A stretch of 64,000 nucleotides of DNA, taken from Macrostomum lignano. Lineage: Eukaryota. The notes under the pieces were generated by a model. It saw nothing but the letters and a program-made list of their open reading frames with translations, was not told where the DNA came from and made no database searches. This document shows positions 1 to 11,600 of this stretch, in pieces. A program made the translations under genes and the position numbers. Every line of letters starts with the position of its first letter. The first letter of the stretch is position 1. Where the stretch lies: NCBI GenBank assembly GCA_002269645.1, contig NIVC01003278.1, positions 1 through 64,000 of the forward strand, read 5' to 3'.

Positions 1-137
1 TATTTTTAGTATAATAGGCGTGTCAGTTGCACATCTACCCATTAATTGGTAAGTATAGTCAATTATTATTATTATTATTAAGCGTCATTGCAATTACATG
101 AGAGGGAGCTTTTGACATCACTGAAGTACAACAAATT

Positions 138-895
138 TTAACAATCGTTGCTATTCTCGATTTCCCATTCAACTTGGGCGTCAGTGAATTGCAGAGGTCG
201 GCACTTTTGAAGATTTTTATTGTATAGCACGCTTCTTATACTCGAGGCAGTTTTAGTGAAGGCGAAGCACTCAAGCACGTCGGTGATGTGATGAAAATCG
301 CTGTAGCAGTACTGGTGATTGTACATTGTGCGTTTTAAGGGCACCTGTACCCAGCTGACGAAAGAATCCAATTCAGTGGTGACATGCACAAACTCGCAGG
401 CAAATCCTTTCTTTTTATCTACGCAATGGTTGTCTATCAGCTTGTAGCTGTTACCTCTTGCTTTCAACACGCAGTCCTGATTCCCGTTGTTGTTCGGCAT
501 CCCGCTAAACCACAGGGCGCTATCCAGCGGCAGGTTTTCATTACCGTTAATCGTCTGCCAAACCCGACTGAGATGTGAGTCGTTCGTCCGCGAGGTCGGT
601 CACTCCGAGCCACAAATGGCTGGAGTTGGCCATGCTCAACATGCTGCTGAGCAGCTTCAACGTTTCGTACGAGTTGATGAGCTCGCCACCGATCGATGCG
701 CACTGCCGGTTGGCCTCACACCAGTCGAAGACATCTGAACTGTTCACAAAGATGCACCTGCCGGACTCGATTTTGAACGGTGCGGGACACGCAGCTTGCT
801 GTTGTTGCTGCTTGGTTAAGCCAACTTGCAGAAGCAGCACTACCAGAGCTATGGTCGAAGCTGTTTTGACGACGCTAAACTAACTCAGCTTTCAT
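138..895 (-). CDS. Secreted C-type lectin domain protein with a C-terminal degenerate PAN/apple-like region; single exon; two 1-bp frameshifts (probably sequence errors)
   Basis: Removing one T from TTT runs at ~878 and 560-562 joins ATG 895 into one ORF: MKAELVSVVKTASTIALVVLLLQ (signal peptide) ... CPAPFKIESGRCIFV ... WCEANRQCASIGGELI ... LWLGVTD ... SGWQ ... LWFSGMPNNNGNQDCV ... LIDNHC ... GFACE. This is the CTLD Cys/Trp pattern. Stop at 138-140. Confidence 0.8.
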
Positions 896-1631
896 AGTCT
901 GACCTTCGATAGCGGATACACCAGATTCAACGACGACTGAAGGGATCGGCATCAAGCATTGCAGAGCTTAAATACAGACAAATGCTGATTGCTGATTGAC
1001 TGCTTTGAATGGAAGTTTTTCGTTGCTTTTTTTGTCTTTATTCTTGAAGCCTTAGATGGTTGTTTGACAAACATAAAAGGAAGCTTCGAGATGTTTTGAC
1101 TTAAGGGCATTTTTACTGTCATTTACTGCTCAAAAACATGCTTTTAAAAACGCTCTGCTCTCCATTGTATAGACAGACAATGTCCATTAAAAAGTCACAG
1201 CGAGGCAAATGCACACAACAGATTGACTATACAGAATCAGTTGCCATTAGCTTTGCCAAAGCTTTAGCGAAAATGCATGGTTATTTCTGTTCGCAATTAT
1301 TATAGGTTTGCTTTGCCACGCACCTGTTTCCCTAGCTGATGGATGAAAAGATATACACATTCGAAAACTTAACTATAATCATAACGAAAATATAACTTCG
1401 AAGTTAGCTATAAACTTGGCAGATTATTTTGGAAATCCAGGGATTATCGGAATAAAAGCACTGCAATAATTTTTATCGCATGAAATTATTTCATCTGCAG
1501 ATACAATATAGCCAAGCAATCTAATGTAAACAATGGTCGAAATGTTTTCTTATTGGACTTGCTTTGGAAATATAAGTAGAACGTGGTGAAACAGTCAGTG
1601 TTTCAGCGTTTTACATTTCGATAGTTGTGCA

Positions 1632-3703
1632 ATGCTTTGGCAGCAACTTAACACTGCGGTGTTTCTCACTCTGCTGAATTTAACCGCAGCAGTTGAATAT
1701 TCCAGCGATGGTGGAGTGCGCATTCCCGGCGACCTCATTCTGGGCGGCCTGTTCCTGTCACCCACGACAGAGATTTACCCAGTGCCGCCTACAGCGAGCG
1801 AGGCATCCAGCGCTTGGAAGCGATGATTTATAGCTTGATGGAGATTAATTCCGACCCCAGACTGCTCAGGTACGGCCGGCACAAGATCGTCCTTGGCGGT
1901 CGGCTGTTTGACACGGACGCGAGCGCTAAGAGAGCTGTTCGGCGAGCGTTGACATTTCTGCCTGGTCGTCAAGAAGGCGCAAACAGCAACGGATCACAGG
2001 AAGAGAATACGGATTATTTCTGTCCTCAGGAAAACGGGACTTTTGCACCAGCAGTTCGTATAAAATCTGTTTTCAACTCCATGTCAGCAGGCGCAGTGCT
2101 TGGCGTTGTTGGTGCTACGTACAGCGCAATTACGCAGAAGGTTACGGAGCTGCTTGGGCTGTTTAATCTTCCAGTTATGAGCTATTCCTCATCATCCACA
2201 ACTCTAAGCGACAAAAGAAGATTTCCGCTGTTTGCCCGGCCGCTTCCACCCGACCCGACTCAGAGCAGGGCGAAGTGCTGGCAGACATTGTGGCTCATTT
2301 TGGGCAGTGGAACTACGTGGATGTTATCTATACAGACAGCATCTACTCGGAAATGGCGGTAAGGTCATTTGAGAAGAGCATCCAAACACGCAATATCTGC
2401 ATTGCGGAAAGGGTCCGTCTGTCCTGGCGGCCTCGATCTATCGAACTAACTCGCGTCATTAACCATCTGAAATCGCTGACTAGATTCCGTGTCGTCCTAC
2501 TCTTCCTTGATATGGAACAGATCAAACTGTTTCTCAGTGCAGCTGGTAAAGCTGGTCTTCGCCCTGGCAAGTTCGTTCTGATTTCGTTGGACTCATGGGA
2601 TATGCTCTTTGCAACAAATCGATTCAATCGCCAGAGGTTCCATCATAATTGATTTGAACGTTCCTAAGCATCCAACATTCGATCAGTACTTCACGTCCCT
2701 GCGACCTCGCCAGCTTCGAACTATCGATATGAAAGGCGCCATTTCTGAGGCGACCTTTTCAACCGTTACTTTGACGACTTCTGGCAGCAGAAGTTCAATT
2801 GTTCCCTCGACCAGAACGCTGCTAAAACCAGGGCCGGAGTGCGATTATTCTGTGCCGATAGTCTGCGATTCGATTTGAGTCAATTTCAACAACAATGGAA
2901 AGTTCAGTATGTTAGCGATGCTGTGTACACTTTTGCACGCGCTCTAGACACGCGATGAAGCTGGTTTTCACTCCTCAAAATCCTGACTATGACTCTAAGG
3001 CCAGCGTAGACTTTGACGACTGCGTGAGGAATATCACGGAGTTTCCTGGAGACGAACTGTACCAAATTCTTATCTCAAAAAATAATTCATCTGTCAGTGA
3101 GTGCTTTTTAACGTGTTCATTAAATATAATAGGTAAAATAGGCATTCGCAATAAGAAGGAGCTGTAAGAATTTATTATGGGCACATCATCCCAAACTAGC
3201 TGCAAGGCAATTTCTTTAATTCCACTGACCTCGCACTCGTGCACACGCTCACATAGGGTGTACAACAGCAGGCCCCGACTTCCTAATCATTAGGAATGTA
3301 CGCTCTCTGTGCCTCGGTGGTTGGCCCTCATGGTGTGAATGAAATCCCAAATGAGTGCGGCTGTGCAGTTGTAATCCACAATTTTACAAATAATGAAACA
3401 CTCTCGCTTTAATTTAAAGACAGTGCTGGCGCGACAGTGGAATACAACAACTGCGGTGACGCCTTGGGTTCCTATACAGTTTACAACTACCAAGCAAACT
3501 CAAGTACGGGCTTGTTTGAGTACGCACCGGTGGGCGCGTGGAGTGCCAACTCAGGACTCGACATAAGCGCGCAAGATATCCAGTGGCCTAGTGGTGGCAG
3601 CGAACCACCGAACTCTGTCTGCAGCGAGGCTTGTCCTGACGGTATGGCTAAGGTCAAACTCAGCGGTTTAGCACGTGACAAATGCTGTTGGTCTTGCAGG
3701 TAA
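1632..3703 (+). CDS. Metabotropic glutamate receptor-like class C GPCR, extracellular Venus-flytrap domain plus start of the cysteine-rich domain; frameshifted, 7TM not found
   Basis: Signal peptide, then PGDLILGGLFP, ERGIQRLEAMIY, INSDPRLL, GVVGATYS, MSYSSSSTTLSDKRRFPLFAR, WNYV, SLDSWD, FDDFWQQKFNC, KVQYVSDAVYTFARAL, GDALGSYTVYNYQ, SVCSEACPDG, CCWSC. Needs 1-bp corrections at ~1754, ~2275, ~2608, ~2749 and ~2952. Intron ~3097-3420 (GTGAGT donor). Possible donor at 3700 (AG|GTAACA) or read-through to TAA 3701-3703. Confidence 0.85.
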
Positions 3704-4797
3704 CATCGACCAACCTGCTAATTAATTTTATCTCACAATTGAATTGATAAAAGTTTAACATTTTAATTATCGATGCGTTAATTTAGCTTAAGCTGCACTT
3801 GAATAGGCTGATTGAGTCGCATTATAAGAAAATAAAAGTAGAAATTATCCAGTTATATTATTTAACAAGTTTAACAAGACATTTATAGGTTTATCGAACG
3901 CTTTTTACAACATTAAATTTCATTATCAAACTAGCTCAACAAAAGTCAATACATATATTTGCTTGTGATTTACACAATACGATCTAAAGTACTCGTAGGT
4001 GCGATTTAACCTGAAGTCAGTGTCTTCTTTACAAACAGTTACATCAATGATTTACATGTATTTGCAGTAGGTATTTGATGCACCGAAATAGAGTATAACA
4101 ATCTGTACAGAATGAGCAAAGTTGATTTTTATCGCAACCGCGAAAGTTGTTATTTTCCATACATCAGTTATTTTGCGTCGCTCGCTTGAGTACGAGCGTA
4201 CAAATTGTTGAAAAAGTCGGTGTACAACAGGGCCGTGTGTGGACAGTACTTACGAGTACAGCTTTTCAGATTATTAGATTAAGACTAAAAGTTCAAGAAT
4301 TTCTCTTGGATACACATTTCAAGGACTATGAAAAAAGAAGGACCGGAAAAATATGTTATTGTTATGATAGGAGACAGACCCAATATTCATCTTTTGATAT
4401 TTCTTGTCTTTCTTATAGCTCTACTTGGTATTCATAGAGCTTTTCGTTCAGAAAATTATGATTCTATATTACGAGCGTAACTTTAAATCTTACGCACCAT
4501 CCTATGCTCGTACATTACGATCATAAGGTAAGGCGCAAATTTTAGACATCTTTAGCTATTGTTTATCAGTAGGAATAGCTACGCTCTTACCAATCCATTT
4601 TCCGCCCGTCGAACTAACATGGGGCGACTCTCCCAGAATTTTTTTTGCTGCACCAGAACGAAGCAACGCAGGCACACGAAGTAACTTTGTGGGCTAACTT
4701 TGTGTTGCGCGCCATCTTAAACAAGAAAAAGCATATTCAAAAATTTTGACAGAAGTTCGAAGTATTCAATACACCCCTTGTAAGCAGGCAACCCTTT

Positions 4798-5711
4798 GTG
4801 CTGCCTGCTAGCTTTGCGCTCCCACTGGACAAGCCGCTCCCAGCTGAGAAGGACTTCTGCATCAGACCAGTCACCACGGAGGACGTTGTGCTGTACGCTC
4901 GGAAAACACCAGGCGGCAAGGCGCTCGGCCCTGACGAGGTCCCGTTCGAGGCGCTGCGGCTCCGCTGTGTGGCCTCCCAGGTCACAGGCATCATGAACCG
5001 CGTGCTTGCCGGCGCTCCTACACCCACCAAGTGAACCGTTGGACACATTGTGCCGATCCCAAAGAAGGTAGGGACAACGCAGAAAGAAGACAACCGCAGG
5101 ATCTTGCTGATGTCCTGCACCGCGAAGCTCTTCAACCGGCTGCTGCTCGATCGCCTGCAGTCGGTGCTGGACCCGTACCTGCGGCACGATCAGAACGGAT
5201 TCCGGCCGCAACGCGGTACAGTGACACAGATCCTCGCACTCTGCCGTGTCATCGAGGAGGCGCGCATCCGCCAGTCTACGCTGATCATTGTCTTCGTTGA
5301 CTTTCGAAAGGCGTTTGACTCGGTGTTGAGAGCCGCGCTTTCCTTTGTCCTTCGAGCCTACCGAGTCCCACAGCAGCTAATCGACGCTGTCATGGCGCTG
5401 TATTGCGACACTCGAGCTGCTGTGGTGACGGCGGACGGCCTGTCTGACTTGTTCGACACTTCATCAGGAGTTCTGCAGGGTGATACGCTGGCACCGTTCC
5501 TCTTCGTGCTGCTGCTGGACTGGGTGCTTCGGACCGCACTCCCCTCGGCTAATGACGGCTTCCTGCTGCGCAGACGCATCGGTCGTCGCCACGGCGAAAA
5601 GCGCCTGAGCGTGACTTCGTCCGCCCCAAAGCTCTGCGGCGCCCCATCTAACGCACCCTGCTCTTTGACTTTGCATGCGGGGCTGCGTAATTTGTTGTTA
5701 TTGTTGTTGTT
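4798..5711 (+). mobile_element. Degenerate non-LTR retrotransposon (RTE-like LINE) reverse transcriptase fragment
   Basis: KALGPDEVP ... VPIPKK ... KLFNRLLLDRL ... QNGFRPQRGT ... VFVDFRKAFDSV ... GVLQGDTLAPFLF. In-frame TGA at 5032-5034 where Trp is expected. Homology stops at 5613, just before the expected YADD motif. A (TTG)n-like tail lies at ~5690-5711. Confidence 0.88.
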
Positions 5712-7795
5712 GCGCCAATCAGCACTGCGCCTCAATGCGGCCTTACCTTGCAAGCCCCCAAATTCATCCGTACGAAGGCTAAACACGAATTTACCGGTCT
5801 TATTTGTTGTTAAGGATGATGTATTAGTTCACGTTTATTTTTTAATATATTTCGTACTCTCGTAGTTTTTAGCTTCGCAGCTTACAATTTTCATCTACAT
5901 ATGCGTATATTAAAATGATAACTGCATGGTCGCTGGTCGCTGCACGGGATACTAGCGCATGTAGCGATTACGACAAACATGCGTTCCTTTAACTGGCCCT
6001 CCGGTTCATTTCTAAGAAAATCTACCGTTAGCGTCCTTCTAACTTCAGCTGTCCATGGATCTTAAATATACGAGGTATTTCCCATTCGATGATTAAAGTA
6101 ACTGTGTCGAATGTTTATGTTATTGGAACTACATGTTGGTATAAAACAACCTTGGAGCGAAAGATTTGATGCAGACAAAGAATCTAGTCATGTAGATCTA
6201 GAGATAGGTTTATGATAACCTTTGAGACCATTCAGCAAATTGAATGCCCTCACAGCCTGGACGAGTGAATTGTTTTTCTGTTGTCCGTGTAAATTTAATC
6301 AAAAATTGTCATTAGCTTGCATTCGAAAACGAGAGAGACAATCTTATATTGTAAGCTTGCACCTGCTTATGCTTGCTTCACTTCACGGGCCACGCAATCA
6401 ATTATTGAGAAGGCAAACCTTGTTGAAATATGATCTGTACTTGCTTGAACTCTAAGAGTCTACTATAGTGTGCACAGCGGAACTTTGTCGAACATTTCTC
6501 AGTCTACTTGTCTAATCGAATAAAAAAGTTAACCTCTCCTAAAGTGACTTGAAAATACTTTAAAAGTTAATACTAGTGCACAATATTAGAATTACAAAAC
6601 ATTGCGATTTCGATCAAAAACTAAATTATTAGCAACAAAGGTGTTCAATAGGTGTTGCCGTTATTTTTTGTGTATTTTAGCTACCATTGTATAACTTTAA
6701 AGAGTGCTTTGAAGTTTTACTAAAAAAGAGCAATTAAAGTGCAAATACCGCCTAAATACGTGTAATTTGAGTTTGGCAGTTTATTTTTTCTGAAACAAAA
6801 ACACATTCGAATATTCTACTTCTATGCAGAAGCGAATAAGATTGGTATTTACACTAATGCGCGGTGTTGGGCTGACTATAGCTAATTAACATATTTCAAT
6901 GAGTATCTTTTTTAAACGAGTTTAAAGTTCCGATTTTAATTGTTTGAATTTGCACAGAACTTGCTAATACTCGTCCACTTACACGCATCCGTAAAAAAGA
7001 ATCTTCATTTCAAATTCGTGCCAAAATTCTGATATCGCGTTTGCGATCGAGTCTCAAAACAAAATTATTTTGTCATTGATTAACTTACAAACACGCGCTC
7101 TCATCTGAATTATAAGCTACGTAAATATTATGGTAATAAAAAAAATATGAAAACAATTTAAAGTTATTTCATTATTTCATTGGGTTGCAAAATTTTGGCG
7201 CCAATTTTAATAACCTTAGCTAAAATACCCGCATAATTTTTATAAATAGCGTAAGTGGCCTTAACATAAAAAAATTTCTAAAGTCAACGTCAAGCAGAAC
7301 ATGCAGTTTTTATTTAGAGTCACATTTAAACAGCACAAATGAAAGATGCTGAAAATTGCTATTTAAAGCTAAAATGATGATTGGAATTCAGAAGTTGTAA
7401 TAGTCTGCTTTGTTAAAATCGGCATCTCATGACGACTCAATGCAGAAGACGAAGAAGCTGCGAAGAAGGCAATGGCTGCTTGTCACATAGCAGTATTTAA
7501 TAGGCGTGTTGACCCAGAATTTTTTTGCCAGGAATGACCAGGTAACTCTGCAAATTCAATACAATGTTTGCATGCTTGAGAAATTTTTGAAAATCAAAAC
7601 CGTAATTTATTTGATAGCAATCGGCAGAAGTCCCCTGATTCTTCTTTTCAGATTTCACTGTTATTCTGACGCTCAAAAAGTGTCTAATTTCAGCATGACA
7701 GTCTGACACAGGAGCATGAGAATTTCTCGCCGAGGTTTTTCCGCAGCGAGGTTTTCTCTTAGGGGTTTCCAGTCGAAATTTCAAGTCAAATCCAG

Positions 7796-8270
7796 TCTGT
7801 AGACTAGACTAGACTGGACTAGACTAGAATTAGACTAGACTACATTAGAACTAGAACTAGACTAGATTAGAACTAGAACTAGACTAGATTAGAACTAGAA
7901 CTAGACTAGATTAGAACTAGACTAGATTAGAACTAGATTAGATTAGATCAGAACTAGAACTAGACTAGATTAGAACTAGAACTAGACTAGATTAGAACTA
8001 GACTAGATTAGAACTAGATTAGATTAGATCAGAACTAGAACTAGACTAGATTATAACTAGAACTGGACTAGATTAGAACTAGAACTAGACTAGATTAGAA
8101 CTAGACTAGATTAGAACTAGACTAGATTAGAACTAGATTAGATTAGATCAGAACTAGAACTAGACTAGATTAGAACTAGAACTGGACTAGATTAGAACTA
8201 GAACTAGACTAGATTAGAACTAGAACTAGACTAGATAAGAACTAGAATAGATTAAATTAGACTAGACTAG
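7796..8270. repeat. Composite ACTAG/ATTAG/AACTAG 5-6-mer tandem array
   Basis: Directly visible tandem units such as agactagattagaactagaact. Confidence 0.95.
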
Positions 8271-8611
8271 CGATTTCGAATCCGACTGCAAAACCCTCCT
8301 GCGGGAAATTCTCATAGACCTCCTGGCACAATGTCTTCGGCGACATCGTCACACATCCTGAGCACATGCTCAGACACTCATACACACGCTCACACAGCGT
8401 TTACAACGACCGTGACTGTCTAATCTTCAGGCATGTCTAAATTCGATGCTTAAAAACTGAGAACCTCCTTTCTAGGCAGCGAATTTTTCTGCAAAAAATC
8501 TGAATCCATTGAAATTCTCACGATAGTTGTTTCACTGTAGTTGTCGATGCAATTCTTACCTTGAAAGTTTGCCAGTCAGGACACAACGTTGATTATCTTT
8601 TTCACCCTGGC

Positions 8612-11600
8612 TTACGACTTGTCAGTCAGCCGTTTTATGATGGCGTCCTGATCAACAAAGTCGAGTATGAACGGTGCATTCATCAGGATTGCCACGGTGC
8701 CGACAATGGTCACGGATGAGAATATAACAAGCTGAATTCTGTCAATTACTGAGGCTACGTATTTCCAGTCTTGAAGCACCTGTAGGGGCGGTTTTTTGTT
8801 GCGGGAGAAGCAATGTTTAAAATTTGTCCTTTTTGTCTTTGAAGTTGTCGTCGACGTTGATAAACGTCGCAAGCAAATGGGTACTTTAACTTTATAACAA
8901 CTTAGTTAGTTACTTTTATAAGGAGAATTCTGGCCCTGAATTACACGCAGTCTCTTAAAGATTTTCAAAGTGCGCTTGCACTTTTAGAAGCGGAAAAAGT
9001 CGATATTTAAATGTGACGAGTTTAGGCTGTACCTGATTCTCAATTGTACTGCTGTGCTTAGAAAAAAAATCTATTGAAATACATATGTCGCATATGGCCT
9101 GACTCATGAATCAATTTGATTGTGAGTCACCCATTGCAACGATTGTTAACGAACAGAGCATACGGGAGGTTCAGCTAAGTAGAGAGCTAAGTGTGGGGCT
9201 AAGGAAGAGAGAAAGCCAAGGATTCCCTTCGCAGAGGAAAAATGTGCACACAATTCCTTCCTCCCCCGAATGCAAATGTTAGTCTCATTTCATATAGTTG
9301 CAATATACTAGTGCGAACTGGATTTGTAGCCAAGTCGTGTGAACTTGCTCACTGCAAAGATTCGCTGTATATATGGCTTTTAGTCGAAGTTTATTGGCCC
9401 AGAAAGAAGCGTGAATCAAATGAACTGTGTTTAAATGAGTGAATTTCCCCACATACACTGCAAAGAGGAAGGTCAATATTAATACCCCGTCGGTCTGGGT
9501 GGACTGCAACAGTAATATTTGGCTTCGCTCAAGTCGAATATTTACTGAATACACAGAGCCCTGTTTAGTGACTGCATAATTTGATTTGTTCGATATGAAA
9601 TACGGGCGTCATCATTAGTCCTACTTTACTGTTTCTGGTAGATTATTATTGTAGGAGGAACTGTAATATCGTCATATCCCTTGAGAAAAGTCTCAATCCC
9701 ACTGTCTCAATCCCCCTAGAGTCCCGTCTCAATTCCCCTAGAGTCCCGTCTCAATTCCCCTAGAGTCGTGTCTCAATCCTCCTAAAGCCGTGTCTCAATC
9801 CTCCTAAAGCCGTTTCTCAATCCTCCTAAAGCCGTGTCTCAATCCTCCTAAAGCCGTGTCTCAATCCTCCTAAAGCCGTGTCTCAATCCTCCTAAAGCCG
9901 TGTCTCAATCCTCCTAAAGCCGTGTCTCAATCCTCCTAAAGCCGTGTCTCAATCCTCCTAAAGCCGTGTCTCAATCCTCCTAAAGCCGTACGTGTCTCAA
10001 TTCCCCTAGAGTCGTGTATCATCAATCCTCCTAAAGCCGTGTCTTAATCCCTATAGAGTTGTGTCTTAATCCCTTTAGAGTTGTGTCTCAATCCCTTTAG
10101 AGTTGTGTCTCAATCCCTTTAGAGTTGTGTCCCAATCCCTTTAGAGTTGTGTCTCAATCCCCATAGAGTCGTGTCTCAATCCCCATAGAGTCGTGTCTCA
10201 ATCCCCACAGAGTCGTGTCTCAATCCCCATAGAGTCGTGTCTCAATCCCCATAGAGTCGTGTCTCAATCCCCATAGAGTCGTGTCTCAATCCCCATAGAG
10301 TCGTGTCTCAATCCCCATAGAGTCGTGTCTCAATCCCCATAGAGTCGTGTCTCAATCCCCATAGAGTCGTGTCTCAATCCCCATAGAGTCGTGTCTCAAT
10401 CCCCATAGAGTCGTGTCTCAATCCCCATAGAGTCGTGTCTCAATCCCCATAGAGTCGTGTCTCAATCCCCATAGAGTCGTGTCTCAATCCCCATAGAGTC
10501 GTGTCTCAATCCCCATAAAGTCGTGTCTCAATCCCCATAGAGTCGTGTCTCAATCCCCATAGAGTCGTGTCTCAATCCCCATAGAGTCGTGTCTCAATCC
10601 CCATAGAGTCGTGTCTCAATCCCCATAGAGTCGTGTCTCAATCCCCATAGAGTCGTGTCTCAATCCCCATAGAGTCGTGTCTCAATCCCCATAGAGTCGT
10701 GTCTCAATCCCCATAGAGTCGTGTCTCAATCCCCATAGAGTCGTGTCTCAATCCCCATAGAGTCGTGTCTCAATCCCCATAGAGTCGTGTCTCAATCCCC
10801 ATAGAGTCGTGTCTCAATCCCCATAGAGTCGTGTCTCAATCCCCATAGAGTCGTGTCTCAATCCCCATAGAGTCGTGTCTCAATCCCCATAGAGTCGTGT
10901 CTCAATCCCCATAGAGTCGTGTCTCAATCCCCATAGAGTCGTGTCTCAATCCCCATAGAGTCGTGTCTCAATCCCCATAGAGTCGTGTCTCAATCCCCAT
11001 AGAGTCGTGTCTCAATCCCCATAGAGTCGTGTCTCAATCCCCATAGAGTCGTGTCTCAATCCCCATAGAGTCGTGTCTCAATCCCCATAGAGTCGTGTCT
11101 CAATCCCCATAGAGTCGTGTCTCAATCCCCATAGAGTCGTGTCTCAATCCCCATAGAGTCGTGTCTCAATTCCCGGAGTTGCGTCTCAATTCCCAAAGAG
11201 AAGACTCTCCATAAGTCAGTGCCCAGAGCCTAGAGAGTGATGCAACTTGTCAAAAAGGACTTAGATTAATTCATCCAATTTACCCTTTTGTACTCGTCCT
11301 CGATTCTCAGATGCGTCGAAATGAAATTTATGGCGGCGATTGCTCGCCTCAAATCTGGCGTCACTTCCAGGTTGCTAAACCCTGAGGCTTGTGGCTGCTC
11401 AGGATGCTGCTGATGCTGCTGCTGCTGCTGCTGCTGCTCAAAGTCCGACGGCTCATCGATGCTGTTAATATCGCGCATCTCGAACTGCTCGTCAGACATT
11501 GCGGTGTCACCACCGCCGGCTCGACGACCCCTCGCTGAGCGTCCGAACTGCGGCTTGGATGAATTTCCGCCTCCACCGTTGCACTTCTCTGCCATGCGAC

